DNA of 64,000 nucleotides from Gemmatimonadota bacterium (GCA_022820995.1 JAJEEM010000061.1:12582-76581), one strand, 5' to 3'. Counted from the first letter of the stretch, positions 1-10,607 are shown. Numbers and translations are program-made. The notes: a model not told the origin generated them from the letters alone.

Positions 1-1
1 G

Positions 2-1939
2 GCGGCGATCCGCGGAACGCGACGGATCAAGGTGCCGCTGACCTTCGCCGTCCTCACGTCGGTGGCCGCCTTCATGCCGCTCCTGTTCATCCCCGGGGGC
101 GTCGGCGAGACCTGGTCCGCATTGCCGGTGATCGTCATCGCCATGCTGATGGTGTCGCTGGTCGAATCGCTGTTTGTTCTGCCCAATCACCTCTCCCATC
201 TGCCCGGACCGGAGTGGGTGCCGACGAGCGCCCCCGACCGGTTCTTCGCCCGGGTCCAGAGTCGCGTGGACCGCGTGCTGAAGCGGTTCGTGCGGGGCCC
301 GCTGGATCACGCTCTGCGCTTCGCGACGCGCGAGCCCGGCATCACGGTGGCGGGAGCGGTCTGCCTGCTCGTGTTGTGCATCTCCCTGCTGCCGGCAGGC
401 ATCGTCCCGACCACCTTCGCCGGCGTCGTCGAGGGGGACTTCGCCACGGCCACTCTGGAAATGCCGGATGGGACGACCGCGCAGCGAACGTACGAAGTAA
501 CGCAGGAACTGGAAGCGGCCGGGCACAGGGTCATCGAGCGTCTCTCGGCCGACCGGCCCGAGGATGCGCCTCCGCTGCTGTCGGGGGTCACCGTCATGGT
601 GGGCCAGCGGCCGCGGATTCAGGGCGGAGGGCTGAACCCCGCGCCGACCCTCAATCCGGAAGCCAATGTCGCCACCGTCGAGTTCAAGCTTCTCGGGGCG
701 CAGCAGCGACAGGTCTCCACCGGAGAGGTCGCGCAGGCGTGGCGCGAGGAAGTGGGCGTGCTGCCCTACGTCCGCAGCCTCACCTTCACCGCCGAGATCA
801 TCGATTTCGGCAACCCCGTCGAGGCCGTGCTGTCCCACCCGGACCCGGAGCGCCTCATCGGGATCGCGGACTCCGTCGTCGTCGGTCTCCGCCGCGTGGG
901 CGGCGTCTTCGACATACGCTCCGATCACACTCCGGGCGTCCCGGAGGTTCAGCTCGAGTTGCGGCCGGGAGCGCGCACCCTCGGTCTCACGCTGGAGGAT
1001 CTGGCCGGGCAGGCGCGGGCCGCGTTCTTCGGCGCGGAGGCCATGCGGATCCAGCGCGGCCGGGAGGAGGTTCGGGTCTACGTGCGCCTGCCGTCCGATG
1101 AACGGGAGTCCGTCACGGATATCGAAGGATATCTGCTCCGGACGCCGAGCGGCGGCGAGGTTCCCCTGACCACCGTGGCCTCGCTGAACTCGGGAACTTC
1201 GCCCCCCGCAATCCGGCGGAGGGATGGCCAGCGCGTCGTCACGGTGAGCGCGGATGTGGACCCCGTGGTGATTTCCGGCGGGGAGGCCAATGACATTCTC
1301 GTCAATTCGATCCTCGCGGACCTCACCGCCGCGGACCCGGACCTGACGTACACGCTCGGCGGCGAGCAGCAGCAGCAGGTCGAGTCCCTGGACTCGCTCT
1401 ATCGCGGGTTTGCGATCGCCATGCTCCTCATCTTCGCGCTCCTGGCCATTCCCCTGCCTTCCTGGACCAAACCGTTCATCATCATGGCCGTCATCCCGTT
1501 CGGGTTCATCGGCCTGATCCTCGGTCACCTGATTCTGGGGATCGCCGTGAGCGCGCAGTCCTTCATGGGTTTCTTCGGTCTCAGCGGCGTGGTCGTGAAC
1601 GATTCCCTGGTCATGATCGATCTCATCGACAGGAAACTCAGGGACGGCATGCCCGCGCGGGCCGCGATCATCGAGGGCGCGAAGGGGCGGTTTCGCCCGA
1701 TCATGCTCACGTCCGTGACGACCTTTCTCGGTTTCACGCCCCTCATTCTCGAGCGCGCGATTCAAGCGCAGTTCCTCGTGCCCTTTGCCGCGTCCCTCGG
1801 TTTCGGCATCCTGATCACTACGGCTCTGCTGATGATGATCGTGCCGGCGCTTTCCACGATTCATCTGCGGCTGATCTCGTCGCGCCGAAGTTCCGGCGTC
1901 CGCGAGATACCGGGCGAGCCGACTTCAGTCGGCGTCTGA
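2..1939 (+). CDS. RND (AcrB/CzcA-type) efflux transporter permease, C-terminal portion; the gene continues upstream of the window
   Basis: Open frame from base 2 with no upstream stop. Multi-TM hydrophobic segments and the conserved C-terminal RND block 'GFIGLILGHLILGIAVSAQSFMGFFGLSGVVVNDSLVMIDLID' are typical of AcrB/CzcA family TM10-12. Confidence 0.8.
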   Translation, partial: AAIRGTRRIKVPLTFAVLTSVAAFMPLLFIPGGVGETWSALPVIVIAMLMVSLVESLFVLPNHLSHLPGPEWVPTSAPDRFFARVQSRVDRVLKRFVRGPLDHALRFATREPGITVAGAVCLLVLCISLLPAGIVPTTFAGVVEGDFATATLEMPDGTTAQRTYEVTQELEAAGHRVIERLSADRPEDAPPLLSGVTVMVGQRPRIQGGGLNPAPTLNPEANVATVEFKLLGAQQRQVSTGEVAQAWREEVGVLPYVRSLTFTAEIIDFGNPVEAVLSHPDPERLIGIADSVVVGLRRVGGVFDIRSDHTPGVPEVQLELRPGARTLGLTLEDLAGQARAAFFGAEAMRIQRGREEVRVYVRLPSDERESVTDIEGYLLRTPSGGEVPLTTVASLNSGTSPPAIRRRDGQRVVTVSADVDPVVISGGEANDILVNSILADLTAADPDLTYTLGGEQQQQVESLDSLYRGFAIAMLLIFALLAIPLPSWTKPFIIMAVIPFGFIGLILGHLILGIAVSAQSFMGFFGLSGVVVNDSLVMIDLIDRKLRDGMPARAAIIEGAKGRFRPIMLTSVTTFLGFTPLILERAIQAQFLVPFAASLGFGILITTALLMMIVPALSTIHLRLISSRRSSGVREIPGEPTSVGV

Positions 1940-2991
1940 CCGGGGTTCGGCGGTCGTCGACGCCGAATTCGGATAGAACTGCCGGCAGTATCGGCGGTAC
2001 TTCCCGATGGGGCCGTCGGTCCGGCTCAGGCGGGGCGGGGTCCGGTAGCGCTTCCTGTCCCAGATGATGACGTCCTGCAGGACGAACCGCCTTTCCTCCC
2101 GGATGAAGAACATGTTCAGCAGCCGGTGGCGCAGCGGCACGGGCAGGAACGCCAGGCCCGCAATGAACCGGCCCGGTTTGCGGATCTCCCGCACCTGACT
2201 GACCAGCGTCAGCTCCACCGACTCACCGTCGACAGGCGTCGAAAGCACCCAGAGACGCGCACGCATGCCGACGGTCTTCTCGTGGATTTCGACGAAGGAA
2301 TAGCCGAGTCCGTGGACGTGCGTGATGGCGGAGACGTCGGAGTGGACGTCCGCCAGGCCCGCGATTCGGCGAACCATCTTGAAGTCGAAGCAGCTCTTCA
2401 GATAGGCGCCGTCGGTGAAAAAATCGGTCGGCTCCACATCGTGGTACCCGTGCGTGTATTCGAGGTGTTCCACGTCCACGGAGTTTTCCGTCGTCTCCTG
2501 GGGGTGACCCCGGAACCGCAGGGTAGTGGATCGCAGTTCGGTCCACTCCGCGCCGGCGGGCGGCTCATCCGGCAGGCGCCACTGCGGCGCCCGCCCGCCG
2601 CTCCCCCGCCACGCGAAGATCATGCCGAGGATCTCGCGCGTCTCGTAGAGCTTGAGTCTCGCGGCCTTCGGGGGCGGGGCATTGGGCGTGGCCACGCACC
2701 GGCCGGCGGTGTCGAACTCGAACCCGTGGAAGGGACAGACGAGGCAGCCGTCGCGCACCACGCCGCCGACCGATGGCCCCATGTGCGATCCAAGGTGCGG
2801 ACAGAACGCGTCCGCCACGCAGATCCGGCCATCGTCGTCGGCCCAGGCAACAATCTCCTCGCCCAGCCAGGTCTTCTCCATCAGCCCTTCCCGCACGACC
2901 GTTTTCCGGTTCGCGACGAAATACCACCCCTCGGGAAAGGCCGGCAGCGTACCCCTGTATGTCGAGGTTCGATTGCTTCTGGTCGTCATGA
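1925..2991 (-). CDS. Rieske [2Fe-2S] domain non-heme iron oxygenase (PAO/KshA-like)
   Basis: Rieske motif 'CPHLGSH...17 aa...CPFHGFEF' (CxH...CxxH) followed by a catalytic domain. Start chosen at MTTRSNR (2991); the upstream part of the ORF is low-complexity. Confidence 0.75.
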
Positions 2992-3065
2992 GGCGAACTT
3001 CGCTACCGTGACGCTGGCGAGTCAACCAGGATTCGTTGCACCGATCCGAGACGCCCGGAGGGACG

Positions 3066-5672
3066 ATGACTCTCGAAAGTGCCGCGCGCGCCGCGCCCTT
3101 TGCACTCTTCGTCGCGCTGGCGGCGGGCCTGCCGGCGAACGGTTCCGGCCAGACCGCGGGCGGGGTGCCGCGCTTCGAGATCGCGTCCTCGCCGATCGAA
3201 CTCGAGGGACCCGTGCGTCCCGGCGAGTACCTCGGCGTGACGGGGCCCCGTTCCGCGTGGCTCGGCCTCGAGACGGGCGAGGCGGAACTGTGGGTCCATC
3301 CCCTCAAGGTGGGGAACCGGTTCCGGCTCGGCTTCTCGACGCCGGCCTACGGGACGCCGATTCCGGGAGACGAAGTCGCGCGCACCGTGCGGGTGCGGCC
3401 CGAACTCACGACGATCACCTACAGCCACGCCGCCTTCCAGGTGCGCCAGCACATCCTCGCCCCGGCCGGACTCCCCGGCCTTCTGCTCCTCCTCGACGTG
3501 GACATTCCGGAACCGCTCGAGATCATCGCGGAGTTCGAACCCGTGCTGAACTTCATGTGGCCGGGTTCGATCGGCGGACAGTACGCGTACTGGGACGCCG
3601 ACCGGCGCGTATTCGTGCTCTCCGAGAGTCTGCAGGAGACGAACGCCGTCGTCGGGTCTCCGTGGGCCGTGAACTCGGTGGAACACCCGGCTCATCAGCT
3701 CGGCGAGGCGCCCCGGACCATGGTGATCCCGGTCGACCCGGAGCGCGCGCGGCGGGAGTTCATCCCGATCGCGGTGGCGGGCGGGACCGCGCCCCGCGAG
3801 GAGGTTTTCGACAGCTACGAACGGCTGATCGCCGAGGCGCGCGCCCTCTACGACGCGAAGCGGGCGTGGGCCGACTCCGTACTCGCCTCCACCGTCTCCA
3901 TCGAATCGCCGGATCCGCGGCTCGATCTCGCCCTCGAGTGGGCGAAGATCAACCTGGAGGAGCAGCGGGTCTGCAACCCCGACCTCGGGTGCGGGTTCGT
4001 CGCGGGCTGGGGGCTTTCGCGAAACGGAACCCGCCCCGGGTTCGGCTGGTTCTTCGGCGGCGACGCGGCGCAGACCATGTTCGCCATGGACGCGCTCGGG
4101 CAGTGGGAACTGGTGGCGGAGGAACTCGCCTTTCTCGCCGGATATCAGCGAGATGACGGCAAGATCACGCACGAAATCTCTCAGGCGGCCGCGCGTATCC
4201 CGTGGTTCGACGTGTACCCGTACGCCTACTACCACGCCGACACCACGCCCTACTGGATGGTCGCCCTCTACGAGTACTGGCGGGCGAGCGGCGACGACGA
4301 CCTGCTGCGGGAGCTGTGGCCGGCGTACCGCCGCGCCTGGGCGTGGTGCCTGACCGCGGAGACGGACGGGGACGGGATCATCGAGAACACCGTGGGCGGG
4401 CTCGCGGCGGTCGAGGTCGGCGGCCTCGGTGCCGCGCTCCACCAGGATGTCTACCTGGCGGGGATCTGGGTCGCGGCCCTCGAGGGAACCCGTGTCCTGG
4501 CCGAACGCATGGGCGACGCGGAGATGGCGGATCGGGCGCGGGCGCTCGCTCCCCGCGCGCGGGCGACCTTGAATGACGCGTACTGGCTGGAGGACGCGGG
4601 ACACCACGCCTTCGGGATCCTCGCCGACGGCGGCACGAACGACAACCTGACGGTGTGGCCCGCCACGGCGGCGGCGTTCGGCCTGTTCGACGAGCCACGC
4701 GCGCTCTCGACGCTTGCCCACCTCGCGAGCGATCGGATCTCGTCGGACTGGGGCGCGCACATTCTCTCCACCGGGAGCGAACTGTATCACCCCCTCCAGT
4801 ACAACATGGGAACGGTGTGGCCCTTCGTGACGGGATACGTGTCGTGGGCCCAGTACCGGTATCGGCGTCCGTGGGCGGGTTTCCATCTCATTGACGCGGT
4901 GAAGCAGATGACCTTCGACTGGAGCCTGGGGAGACACCCGGAGCTGCTGTCGGGAACCTTCTACCAGCCCCTCGACCAGACCGTCCCGCACCAGTTCTTC
5001 GCGACCTCGGCCCTGGTGACACCGTTACTGCGCGGCGTCATCGGCTGGGAGCCCGACGCCCCCATGGGTCGGGCGCAGCTCGCGCCGCAGCTCCCGCCGG
5101 ACTGGCCGGCCGTGACGGTGAGACGGCTCCGAGCCGGGGAGACGACAACGGACGTGGAGATCCGGCAACGGTGGACGCCGGAGGGCGGGGAGCGACGGAC
5201 GACGCTCACGACCAGGGGGCCTGCGCTGACATTCGGCTTCGTGCCCGACGTGCCGGCAGGCGCGCGGGACGTGTCCATCAGCGTGAACGGGACCGTCACC
5301 GAACTCACCGGGGATGGAACGCTGGAGATGACGCTGGGTGAGACCGTCGCCGCGGGCGATCGCGCGGAAATCGTCGTGACGTGGGGCGCCGGACTCGCAA
5401 TCGCCCCGCCCCGGATCAACCTCGAGCCGGGGCAAGGCAGCAACGGCCTGCGCATCCTCGACTTCGACGCGGATCCCGATGGCTGGATTCTAAGCGTGGA
5501 GGGGCTGGCGGGCCGGAGCTACGAACTCGGCATCTTCGGCGCCACGGTCGAACCCGACGTCGTGGAAGGCGCCGCAACGAGTACGCTGGCCAACCCCGCG
5601 ACCGTACGCATCACGTTCTCCCCGGACACCGCGGAACGCACGATAGCCGTGGTTCGTTTCACGACCCCGTAG
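3066..5672 (+). CDS. Secreted (alpha/alpha)6-toroid glycoside hydrolase, amylo-alpha-1,6-glucosidase/GDE_C-like
   Basis: Signal-peptide-like N-terminus (MTLESAARAAPFALFVALAAG). Long acidic/aromatic central region (GWGLSRNG...FFGGDAAQTMFAMDALGQWE...YPYAYYHADTTPYWMVALYEYW) resembles the six-hairpin glycosidase fold of glycogen-debranching-type enzymes. The family assignment is tentative. Confidence 0.55.
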   Translation: MTLESAARAAPFALFVALAAGLPANGSGQTAGGVPRFEIASSPIELEGPVRPGEYLGVTGPRSAWLGLETGEAELWVHPLKVGNRFRLGFSTPAYGTPIPGDEVARTVRVRPELTTITYSHAAFQVRQHILAPAGLPGLLLLLDVDIPEPLEIIAEFEPVLNFMWPGSIGGQYAYWDADRRVFVLSESLQETNAVVGSPWAVNSVEHPAHQLGEAPRTMVIPVDPERARREFIPIAVAGGTAPREEVFDSYERLIAEARALYDAKRAWADSVLASTVSIESPDPRLDLALEWAKINLEEQRVCNPDLGCGFVAGWGLSRNGTRPGFGWFFGGDAAQTMFAMDALGQWELVAEELAFLAGYQRDDGKITHEISQAAARIPWFDVYPYAYYHADTTPYWMVALYEYWRASGDDDLLRELWPAYRRAWAWCLTAETDGDGIIENTVGGLAAVEVGGLGAALHQDVYLAGIWVAALEGTRVLAERMGDAEMADRARALAPRARATLNDAYWLEDAGHHAFGILADGGTNDNLTVWPATAAAFGLFDEPRALSTLAHLASDRISSDWGAHILSTGSELYHPLQYNMGTVWPFVTGYVSWAQYRYRRPWAGFHLIDAVKQMTFDWSLGRHPELLSGTFYQPLDQTVPHQFFATSALVTPLLRGVIGWEPDAPMGRAQLAPQLPPDWPAVTVRRLRAGETTTDVEIRQRWTPEGGERRTTLTTRGPALTFGFVPDVPAGARDVSISVNGTVTELTGDGTLEMTLGETVAAGDRAEIVVTWGAGLAIAPPRINLEPGQGSNGLRILDFDADPDGWILSVEGLAGRSYELGIFGATVEPDVVEGAATSTLANPATVRITFSPDTAERTIAVVRFTTP

Positions 5673-5938
5673 GCGGGAGTCTGCCGCCCGCCGCTCCGCG
5701 GCGCTCGACTGTCGCTGAATTATCGTCAATTCACGGTTGCCCATCGCCCAAAAGTCGCATACGATCAGCTATCCGCATGAGAGCGAGCGGGGATTGGGCG
5801 GTGTCCACGTGATCGCAAGGCTCGTGGCGACCTCCTCGGCTCGGCATAGCGCCGTCCAATCCCTCTCCACGAACGACTCCAGGAGTCCGGTCGATTCGGG
5901 GTTGCCGCAATCGACGGTCCGGCGGCTCCCGGTCGGCG

Positions 5939-7093
5939 TCAGTCGGCCAGTACTTCCGTCAGCGCGTCGGCCACCTCGTCGATCTGCGCTTCGGTGATCA
6001 CAAGCGGTGGCAGCAGCCGGATGACCGTCGTGCCGGCCGGGAGGGCGAGGACGCCGCGCTCCGCGAGGGCTTCCAGATAGGGGCGGCAGCGCTCGCGGAG
6101 TTCCACGCCGATCATGAGGCCGACCTGCCGCACGGCGCGCACGCGGGCCGGCCGGTGTCGGTCGAAACGCTCGCCGAAGCGGGCGCCCCGCGCCTCGGCC
6201 CGCTCGTCGAGCCGCTCGTCCCGCATGAAGCGGATCGCGGCCAGGGCGGCGGCGCAGGCGAGCGGATTGCCGCCGAAGGTCGTGCCGTGCCGCCCGGGTG
6301 CCGGCTGCAGCCGTCGGTGCGCCAGGACCGCCCCCAGGGGCACGCCGCCAGCGATCGCTTTGGCGAGGCAGAGGACGTCCGGCACGACGCCGTAGCGATC
6401 GCAGGCGAACATGCGGCCGGCGCGGCAGAAGCCCGTCTGGATCTCGTCGAACACGAGGACCGCACCGGCCTCGTCGCAGATGCGGCGCGCCGCCGACAGA
6501 TAGTCCGGGCTGGCCGGCCGCACCCCGCCCTCGCCCTGCACCGGCTCGATGATCACCGCTGCCGTGTCCTCTCCCACGGCCGCGCGCAGCTTCTCGACGT
6601 GGTTGAAGGGCACGAACGAGAATCCCGGAACGAGCGGCTCGAACGGCTCCCGGTACTCCTTCTTGTGCGTCGCGCTCAGCGCTCCCAGCGTTCGCCCGTG
6701 GAAGCCGCGCATCGCGGACACGACCCCCGCCCGTCCCGTCGCGAGGCGCGCGAACTTGATCGCCGCCTCCACCGCCTCCGCCCCGGAATTGCAGAGGAAG
6801 GCGCGCGTGAGCCCCGCCGGCGCGACCGAGACGAGTTCGGCCAGCAGCCGCGCCCGGACATCGTTGTAGAAGATCCCTGGACACGACACCAGCACGCGAG
6901 CCTGTTCCGCCAACGCCTCGGCGACGGCCGGGTTGGCGTGTCCGATGCTCGCCACGCCGATGCCGCCCACGCAATCGATGTACCGGCGACCCTCGTCGTC
7001 CCACACGCACGCGCCCTCGCCCCGCACGATCGCAATGTCGCGCTTCGGGAACACTTCGAGCGCGTACTCCCGCTCCGTCTCGCGCGTGTTCAT
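5939..7093 (-). CDS. lysJ: Acetylornithine/LysW-gamma-L-lysine aminotransferase (class III PLP aminotransferase)
   Basis: Class-III aminotransferase hallmarks (GIASIGH, 'VFDEIQTGFCRAGRMFA', PLP lysine region 'LCLAKAIAGGVPLGA'). It overlaps the upstream lysZ/argB by 4 nt. Confidence 0.85.
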   Translation of the reverse strand: MNTRETEREYALEVFPKRDIAIVRGEGACVWDDEGRRYIDCVGGIGVASIGHANPAVAEALAEQARVLVSCPGIFYNDVRARLLAELVSVAPAGLTRAFLCNSGAEAVEAAIKFARLATGRAGVVSAMRGFHGRTLGALSATHKKEYREPFEPLVPGFSFVPFNHVEKLRAAVGEDTAAVIIEPVQGEGGVRPASPDYLSAARRICDEAGAVLVFDEIQTGFCRAGRMFACDRYGVVPDVLCLAKAIAGGVPLGAVLAHRRLQPAPGRHGTTFGGNPLACAAALAAIRFMRDERLDERAEARGARFGERFDRHRPARVRAVRQVGLMIGVELRERCRPYLEALAERGVLALPAGTTVIRLLPPLVITEAQIDEVADALTEVLAD

Positions 7094-7902
7094 CCGATGA
7101 CCGTGCCCCGTCCGGCCAGCGCCTCCGTGACCGGCCGTTCGACGCGCCCGTCCGCGATGACCACGCGCGTCGCGCCCGATTCCACGAGTCGCCGCAGGGC
7201 GAGCAGCTTCCGCTTCATGCGCCCGGTGACCTCGCCTTCCCGGCGGGCAAGCTCCCCGCGCTCGAGCCGTGCGACGACGGACGCCGGATCGTCGGGGTCC
7301 TCGAGGAAGCCGGGCGCCTCGATCAACTGGATCACGCAGTCCGCTCGCAATTCGTCGCTCAGCAGGGTCACGACGTCGTCGTTCTCCGAGTTGATCGCCA
7401 CGTTGCGTTCGTCGATGAGGGGCACGGTCACCACGGGTGTGAACCCGCCGTCGAGGAGCAGTCCCATCAGCTTGCGGTTCACTTCCACCGGCTTCCCGGA
7501 CAGGTCCCGCCTGATCAGCGTCTTGCCGCCCTCTCTCACCCGGATTCCCCGGTTGCGGCGGCCGCGCACGAGCGCGCCGTCGAGCCCGGTGAGCCCCACC
7601 GCGTTCACGCCCTGACCCTGCAGCAGTTCCACGATTCGCTTGTTGCGCAGGCCCGCGTAGGCCATGAGCATCACGTCGATCAGGTCGCGGTCGGAATGTA
7701 CGCTCTCGTGTCCGGAAACCGACGTGAGGATGCGCTTCTCGACCCCGAGCCTCCGGGCGAGGGAATCGCGCAGCGCGTTCGCCCCGTGCACGATGACGAA
7801 CGGACCGGGCAGGCCCCCCAGGTCGCGAGCGATCCCGTCAAGATTGATGGATTCCCCGCCGCCGATCTTGACGAGCGTCAACCCGCCGGATTCCCCAGGC
7901 AT
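7090..7902 (-). CDS. lysZ: Amino-acid kinase family: acetylglutamate kinase / [LysW]-aminoadipate kinase
   Basis: N-terminal 'LVKIGGG' nucleotide-binding motif and AAK-fold pattern (VIVHGANA...LTGLDG...). Sits inside the lysW cluster. Confidence 0.85.
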   Translation of the reverse strand: MPGESGGLTLVKIGGGESINLDGIARDLGGLPGPFVIVHGANALRDSLARRLGVEKRILTSVSGHESVHSDRDLIDVMLMAYAGLRNKRIVELLQGQGVNAVGLTGLDGALVRGRRNRGIRVREGGKTLIRRDLSGKPVEVNRKLMGLLLDGGFTPVVTVPLIDERNVAINSENDDVVTLLSDELRADCVIQLIEAPGFLEDPDDPASVVARLERGELARREGEVTGRMKRKLLALRRLVESGATRVVIADGRVERPVTEALAGRGTVIG

Positions 7903-7905
7903 CGG

Positions 7906-8553
7906 TCAGAACGTCCCGATGGCGCCGTTGGCCACGGGCGTCCACGTTCGCCGCCCGTCCGGATCCGGATACGGCGCCGAGCACAGGATCCCCACGCCGT
8001 CCCCGTGGGCGGCATGCATCCGGAAGTAGTCCGGGTCCTCGTTGAATCGGGTCGCGAAGTGGACCCGCCGCGACGCGTCGGCGACGATGAGATTCATCGC
8101 CCGCACGTAACGGGTGCGCTTCTCGATCGCAGCGAGTCCCCGCTCCAGCGCGCGACCCATGTCTCCGTCATCGAAGCGCTTGACGAAGTTGAACACCTTC
8201 TCCGCGCCGATCCGCCCCCGTTCCCTGATCCGCACACCGTGCAGCTCTCCGTTGAAGATGAACGCGCGTTCCCCGTCGAGGAACGGCATATTGTTCTCGA
8301 CCCGGATCCCCTCTCCGCGATACGCGCTCCTCGCATGGGCGAGCAGAAGCGTCGTGCGCCCGGACGGCGCCGCGGCGTCCTCCCAGACCGGCGAGATGTC
8401 GCGGTAGACGCGCCACCCGTCGGCATCGATCCACGCGCACCCCCACCCGTCGCCCTGGTACTCGGGACTCTCCCGGGCGAGTTGCGCGAAGGCGGTGAGG
8501 TGCGGCTCCATGTCGAAGGGCTCGTCGCTCCGGACGCAGAGGATGCGGCACAC
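7906..8553 (-). CDS. Class-II glutamine amidotransferase-like Ntn hydrolase (YafJ/EgtC-type), standalone
   Basis: Begins 'MCRIL' (N-terminal Cys nucleophile directly after Met) and is about 215 aa, typical of standalone GATase-2 domains. Located between lysY and lysZ. Confidence 0.6.
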   Translation of the reverse strand: MCRILCVRSDEPFDMEPHLTAFAQLARESPEYQGDGWGCAWIDADGWRVYRDISPVWEDAAAPSGRTTLLLAHARSAYRGEGIRVENNMPFLDGERAFIFNGELHGVRIRERGRIGAEKVFNFVKRFDDGDMGRALERGLAAIEKRTRYVRAMNLIVADASRRVHFATRFNEDPDYFRMHAAHGDGVGILCSAPYPDPDGRRTWTPVANGAIGTF

Positions 8554-8578
8554 GATGGATTCGGCTCCGCCCGTCGCG

Positions 8579-9601
8579 TCAGGCCGGGTGCAGTCCGGGG
8601 AACTCGAGCCCCCGCGACTCCGGCAACCCCTGCATCACGTTGAACGCCTGCACCGCCTGTCCCGCCGCTCCCTTCATGAGGTTGTCGATCGCGCTCAGGA
8701 CCACGACCCGGTTCGAGAGCGGATCGCGCTCGAACCCCACGTCGCAGTAGTTCGCGCCCGCCAGCAGGTTGGGGTCGGGAAAGCGGTGGATGCCGCTCCG
8801 CTCCTTGACGATGCGCACGAACGGTTCGTCGGCGTACGCGCTCCGATAGATCTTCCACAGCGCCTTCTCATCGAGATCCCGGTTCAGGAACACGTGACAG
8901 GTGGCGAGGACGCCGCGCACCATTTCAACCGCCGTCGCGGAGAAATGCACGTCGCCGCCGAGCACAGCGGCGATCTCGGCCGCGTGGCGGTGGCCGGTCG
9001 GCCGATACGACCGCATGGCGCCGCTGCGCTCCGGGTGGTGGCTGCCCTCGCTGGCGCGGTTCCCGGCCTCGCTCGATCCCACCTTGACCTCGATCACGAC
9101 CGAGTCCGCGACGCCCTCCCGGTACAGCGGCAGGAGCCCGAGGATGGAGGCCGTCGCGTTGCAGCCCGCACAGGCGACGAAGTCCGCGCCGGCCAGCGCC
9201 TCGCGGTTCACTTCCGCGATCCCGTACACGAACGACTCCAGGAGTTCCGGCCGAGGGTGCGGCCGGCCGTAGAAGCGCTCGTAGTCCGCACCGTTCCGGA
9301 GCCGGAAGTCGGCTCCCAGGTCGACGATCCGCCCCGCCAGCGACCGAAATCCGTCGATGCGTCGGGACGACTCCCCGTGCGGGAGGCAGAGGAAGAGCAC
9401 GTCGCACTCGGACAGCTCCTCGAGCGCGCTGAAGCGCAGTCGCGTGACGCCGCGCAGGTTGGGATGGACCCGGTGCGCGAACCGTCCCGCGAAGCGCTCC
9501 GACGTGATCTGCCGCACCTCGACATCGGGATGTCCGAGCAGGAGCCGCAGCAACTCGCCGCCGGCGTATCCCGAGCCGCCCGCGATCGACGCGCGGATCA
9601 A
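8579..9601 (-). CDS. lysY: N-acetyl-gamma-glutamyl-phosphate reductase / [LysW]-aminoadipyl-phosphate reductase
   Basis: NAD(P)-binding '[16 protein letters not shown]' N-terminus and catalytic Cys motif region '[10 protein letters not shown]'. Overlaps lysX by 4 nt. Confidence 0.85.
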   Translation of the reverse strand: MIRASIAGGSGYAGGELLRLLLGHPDVEVRQITSERFAGRFAHRVHPNLRGVTRLRFSALEELSECDVLFLCLPHGESSRRIDGFRSLAGRIVDLGADFRLRNGADYERFYGRPHPRPELLESFVYGIAEVNREALAGADFVACAGCNATASILGLLPLYREGVADSVVIEVKVGSSEAGNRASEGSHHPERSGAMRSYRPTGHRHAAEIAAVLGGDVHFSATAVEMVRGVLATCHVFLNRDLDEKALWKIYRSAYADEPFVRIVKERSGIHRFPDPNLLAGANYCDVGFERDPLSNRVVVLSAIDNLMKGAAGQAVQAFNVMQGLPESRGLEFPGLHPA

Positions 9602-10446
9602 CGGACCGCCGCCCGATCCGGCGAGACGACGTAGGATACGATCCTCTCCGGAATGTTCACGCCCGTCGCCTCGATGCTGTTCCGGAACTCCATCGTGTAA
9701 TTCACCTCGTTGACCAGCAGTTCGCCGCCGCTCTCGAGCAGATCCACCGCGACCACGCCCCCGCCCATGGCGGCCGCCGCCCGCAGGGAAAGCTCCGCGA
9801 TCTCGCTCGTCACCGGAAAGTTCGAGGCCGTTCCGCCGCGGGCCGTGTTCGTGATCCAGTGCTCGGACGACCGGTAGATGGCCGCCACGCAGTCGTCGCC
9901 CACGACGAACGCGCGGATGTCGCGCCCGCCCTTCTCGACGTACTTCTGCACGAAGAAGATCGAGTGATGATAGCTGCCCAGGATCGCCTTGTGTTCGAGG
10001 ACCGTCTCCGCCGCGTGCCGGTCGTTGATCCTCGACAGCAGGCGGCCCCAGGAGCCGACCGCGGGCTTGAGGACCACGGGATAGCCGAGTTCCTCAATGG
10101 CCTCGAGCGCGGATTCCTCGGTGAACGCGACCCTGGCTTCGGGCTGCGGCACACCGCATTCCCGGAGCGACGCCGCGGTGAGGATCTTGTCGCCGCAGCG
10201 GCGCGACACCTCGTAGCGGTTCACGCAATCGAGGCCGGCCCCCTCGAAGAGCCGCAGCGCGTGCATCGCCCGCGAGTGGTTGATGGAGCGCTCGAGGACG
10301 ACATCCACATCCGGGACGCTGCGGAAGTCGAACACGAGCCTGCGGTCGTCCAGAAACACCAGTTCGACGTCGCTGCGCCGGCGCAATTCCGCGATCAGCA
10401 GCTTCTCGTCCTTGCGGATGAGGGAATGAAGAAAGCCGACTCTCAT
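9598..10446 (-). CDS. lysX: RimK-family ATP-grasp ligase (alpha-aminoadipate/glutamate--LysW ligase)
   Basis: ATP-grasp/RimK architecture ([21 protein letters not shown]...). The start ATG overlaps the lysW stop (ATGA). The track ORF extends further 5' in low-complexity sequence, so the start was trimmed to MRVGF. Confidence 0.8.
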   Translation of the reverse strand: MRVGFLHSLIRKDEKLLIAELRRRSDVELVFLDDRRLVFDFRSVPDVDVVLERSINHSRAMHALRLFEGAGLDCVNRYEVSRRCGDKILTAASLRECGVPQPEARVAFTEESALEAIEELGYPVVLKPAVGSWGRLLSRINDRHAAETVLEHKAILGSYHHSIFFVQKYVEKGGRDIRAFVVGDDCVAAIYRSSEHWITNTARGGTASNFPVTSEIAELSLRAAAAMGGGVVAVDLLESGGELLVNEVNYTMEFRNSIEATGVNIPERIVSYVVSPDRAAVR

Positions 10447-10607
10447 TCGCCCCAGTCCTCCTCCGCGTCCGGCGCCTCCCCCAGGGTGATGGGGTCGAGC
10501 GCGAGAATCTCGAGTTCGACGCCGCACTCCTCACATTCGAGGAGCTCGCCCTCGACGGGATCGTCGGAAATCGCCAGTTCGGCGTCGCAAACAGGACATA
10601 CGGACAT
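10443..10607 (-). CDS. lysW: LysW amino-group carrier protein (zinc-ribbon, C-terminal EDWGE)
   Basis: Small ORF absent from the track: M(DGM)[53 protein letters not shown] with a CxxC...CxxC zinc ribbon and the diagnostic acidic C-terminus ending EDWGE. GGAGG sits 9 nt upstream of the second ATG (10607). An alternative start lies at 10616. Confidence 0.75.
   Translation of the reverse strand: MSVCPVCDAELAISDDPVEGELLECEECGVELEILALDPITLGEAPDAEEDWGE

Noticed and set aside
214-1101. 295-aa ORF in an alternate frame of the RND transporter gene
   Set aside because: Arg/Gly/Pro-rich low-complexity translation typical of off-frame reading in 70% GC DNA. The RND frame has the coherent hydrophobic pattern.
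3003-4991. 662-aa antisense ORF opposite the glycoside hydrolase gene
   Set aside because: R/E/G-rich composition with no motifs. Fully overlapped by a well-supported sense-strand gene.
5673-5692. Possible rho-independent terminator hairpin (gcggg-N9-cccgc) after the glycoside hydrolase gene
   Set aside because: Only a 5-bp stem with a large loop and no U-tract. Too weak to call, although convergent transcription (3066-5672 plus, 5939-7093 minus) makes a terminator here plausible.
5769-7010. 413-aa and 486-aa (6155-7615) ORFs overlapping lysJ/lysZ
   Set aside because: Extreme Arg/Gly bias. The aminotransferase and kinase frames carry the real conserved motifs.
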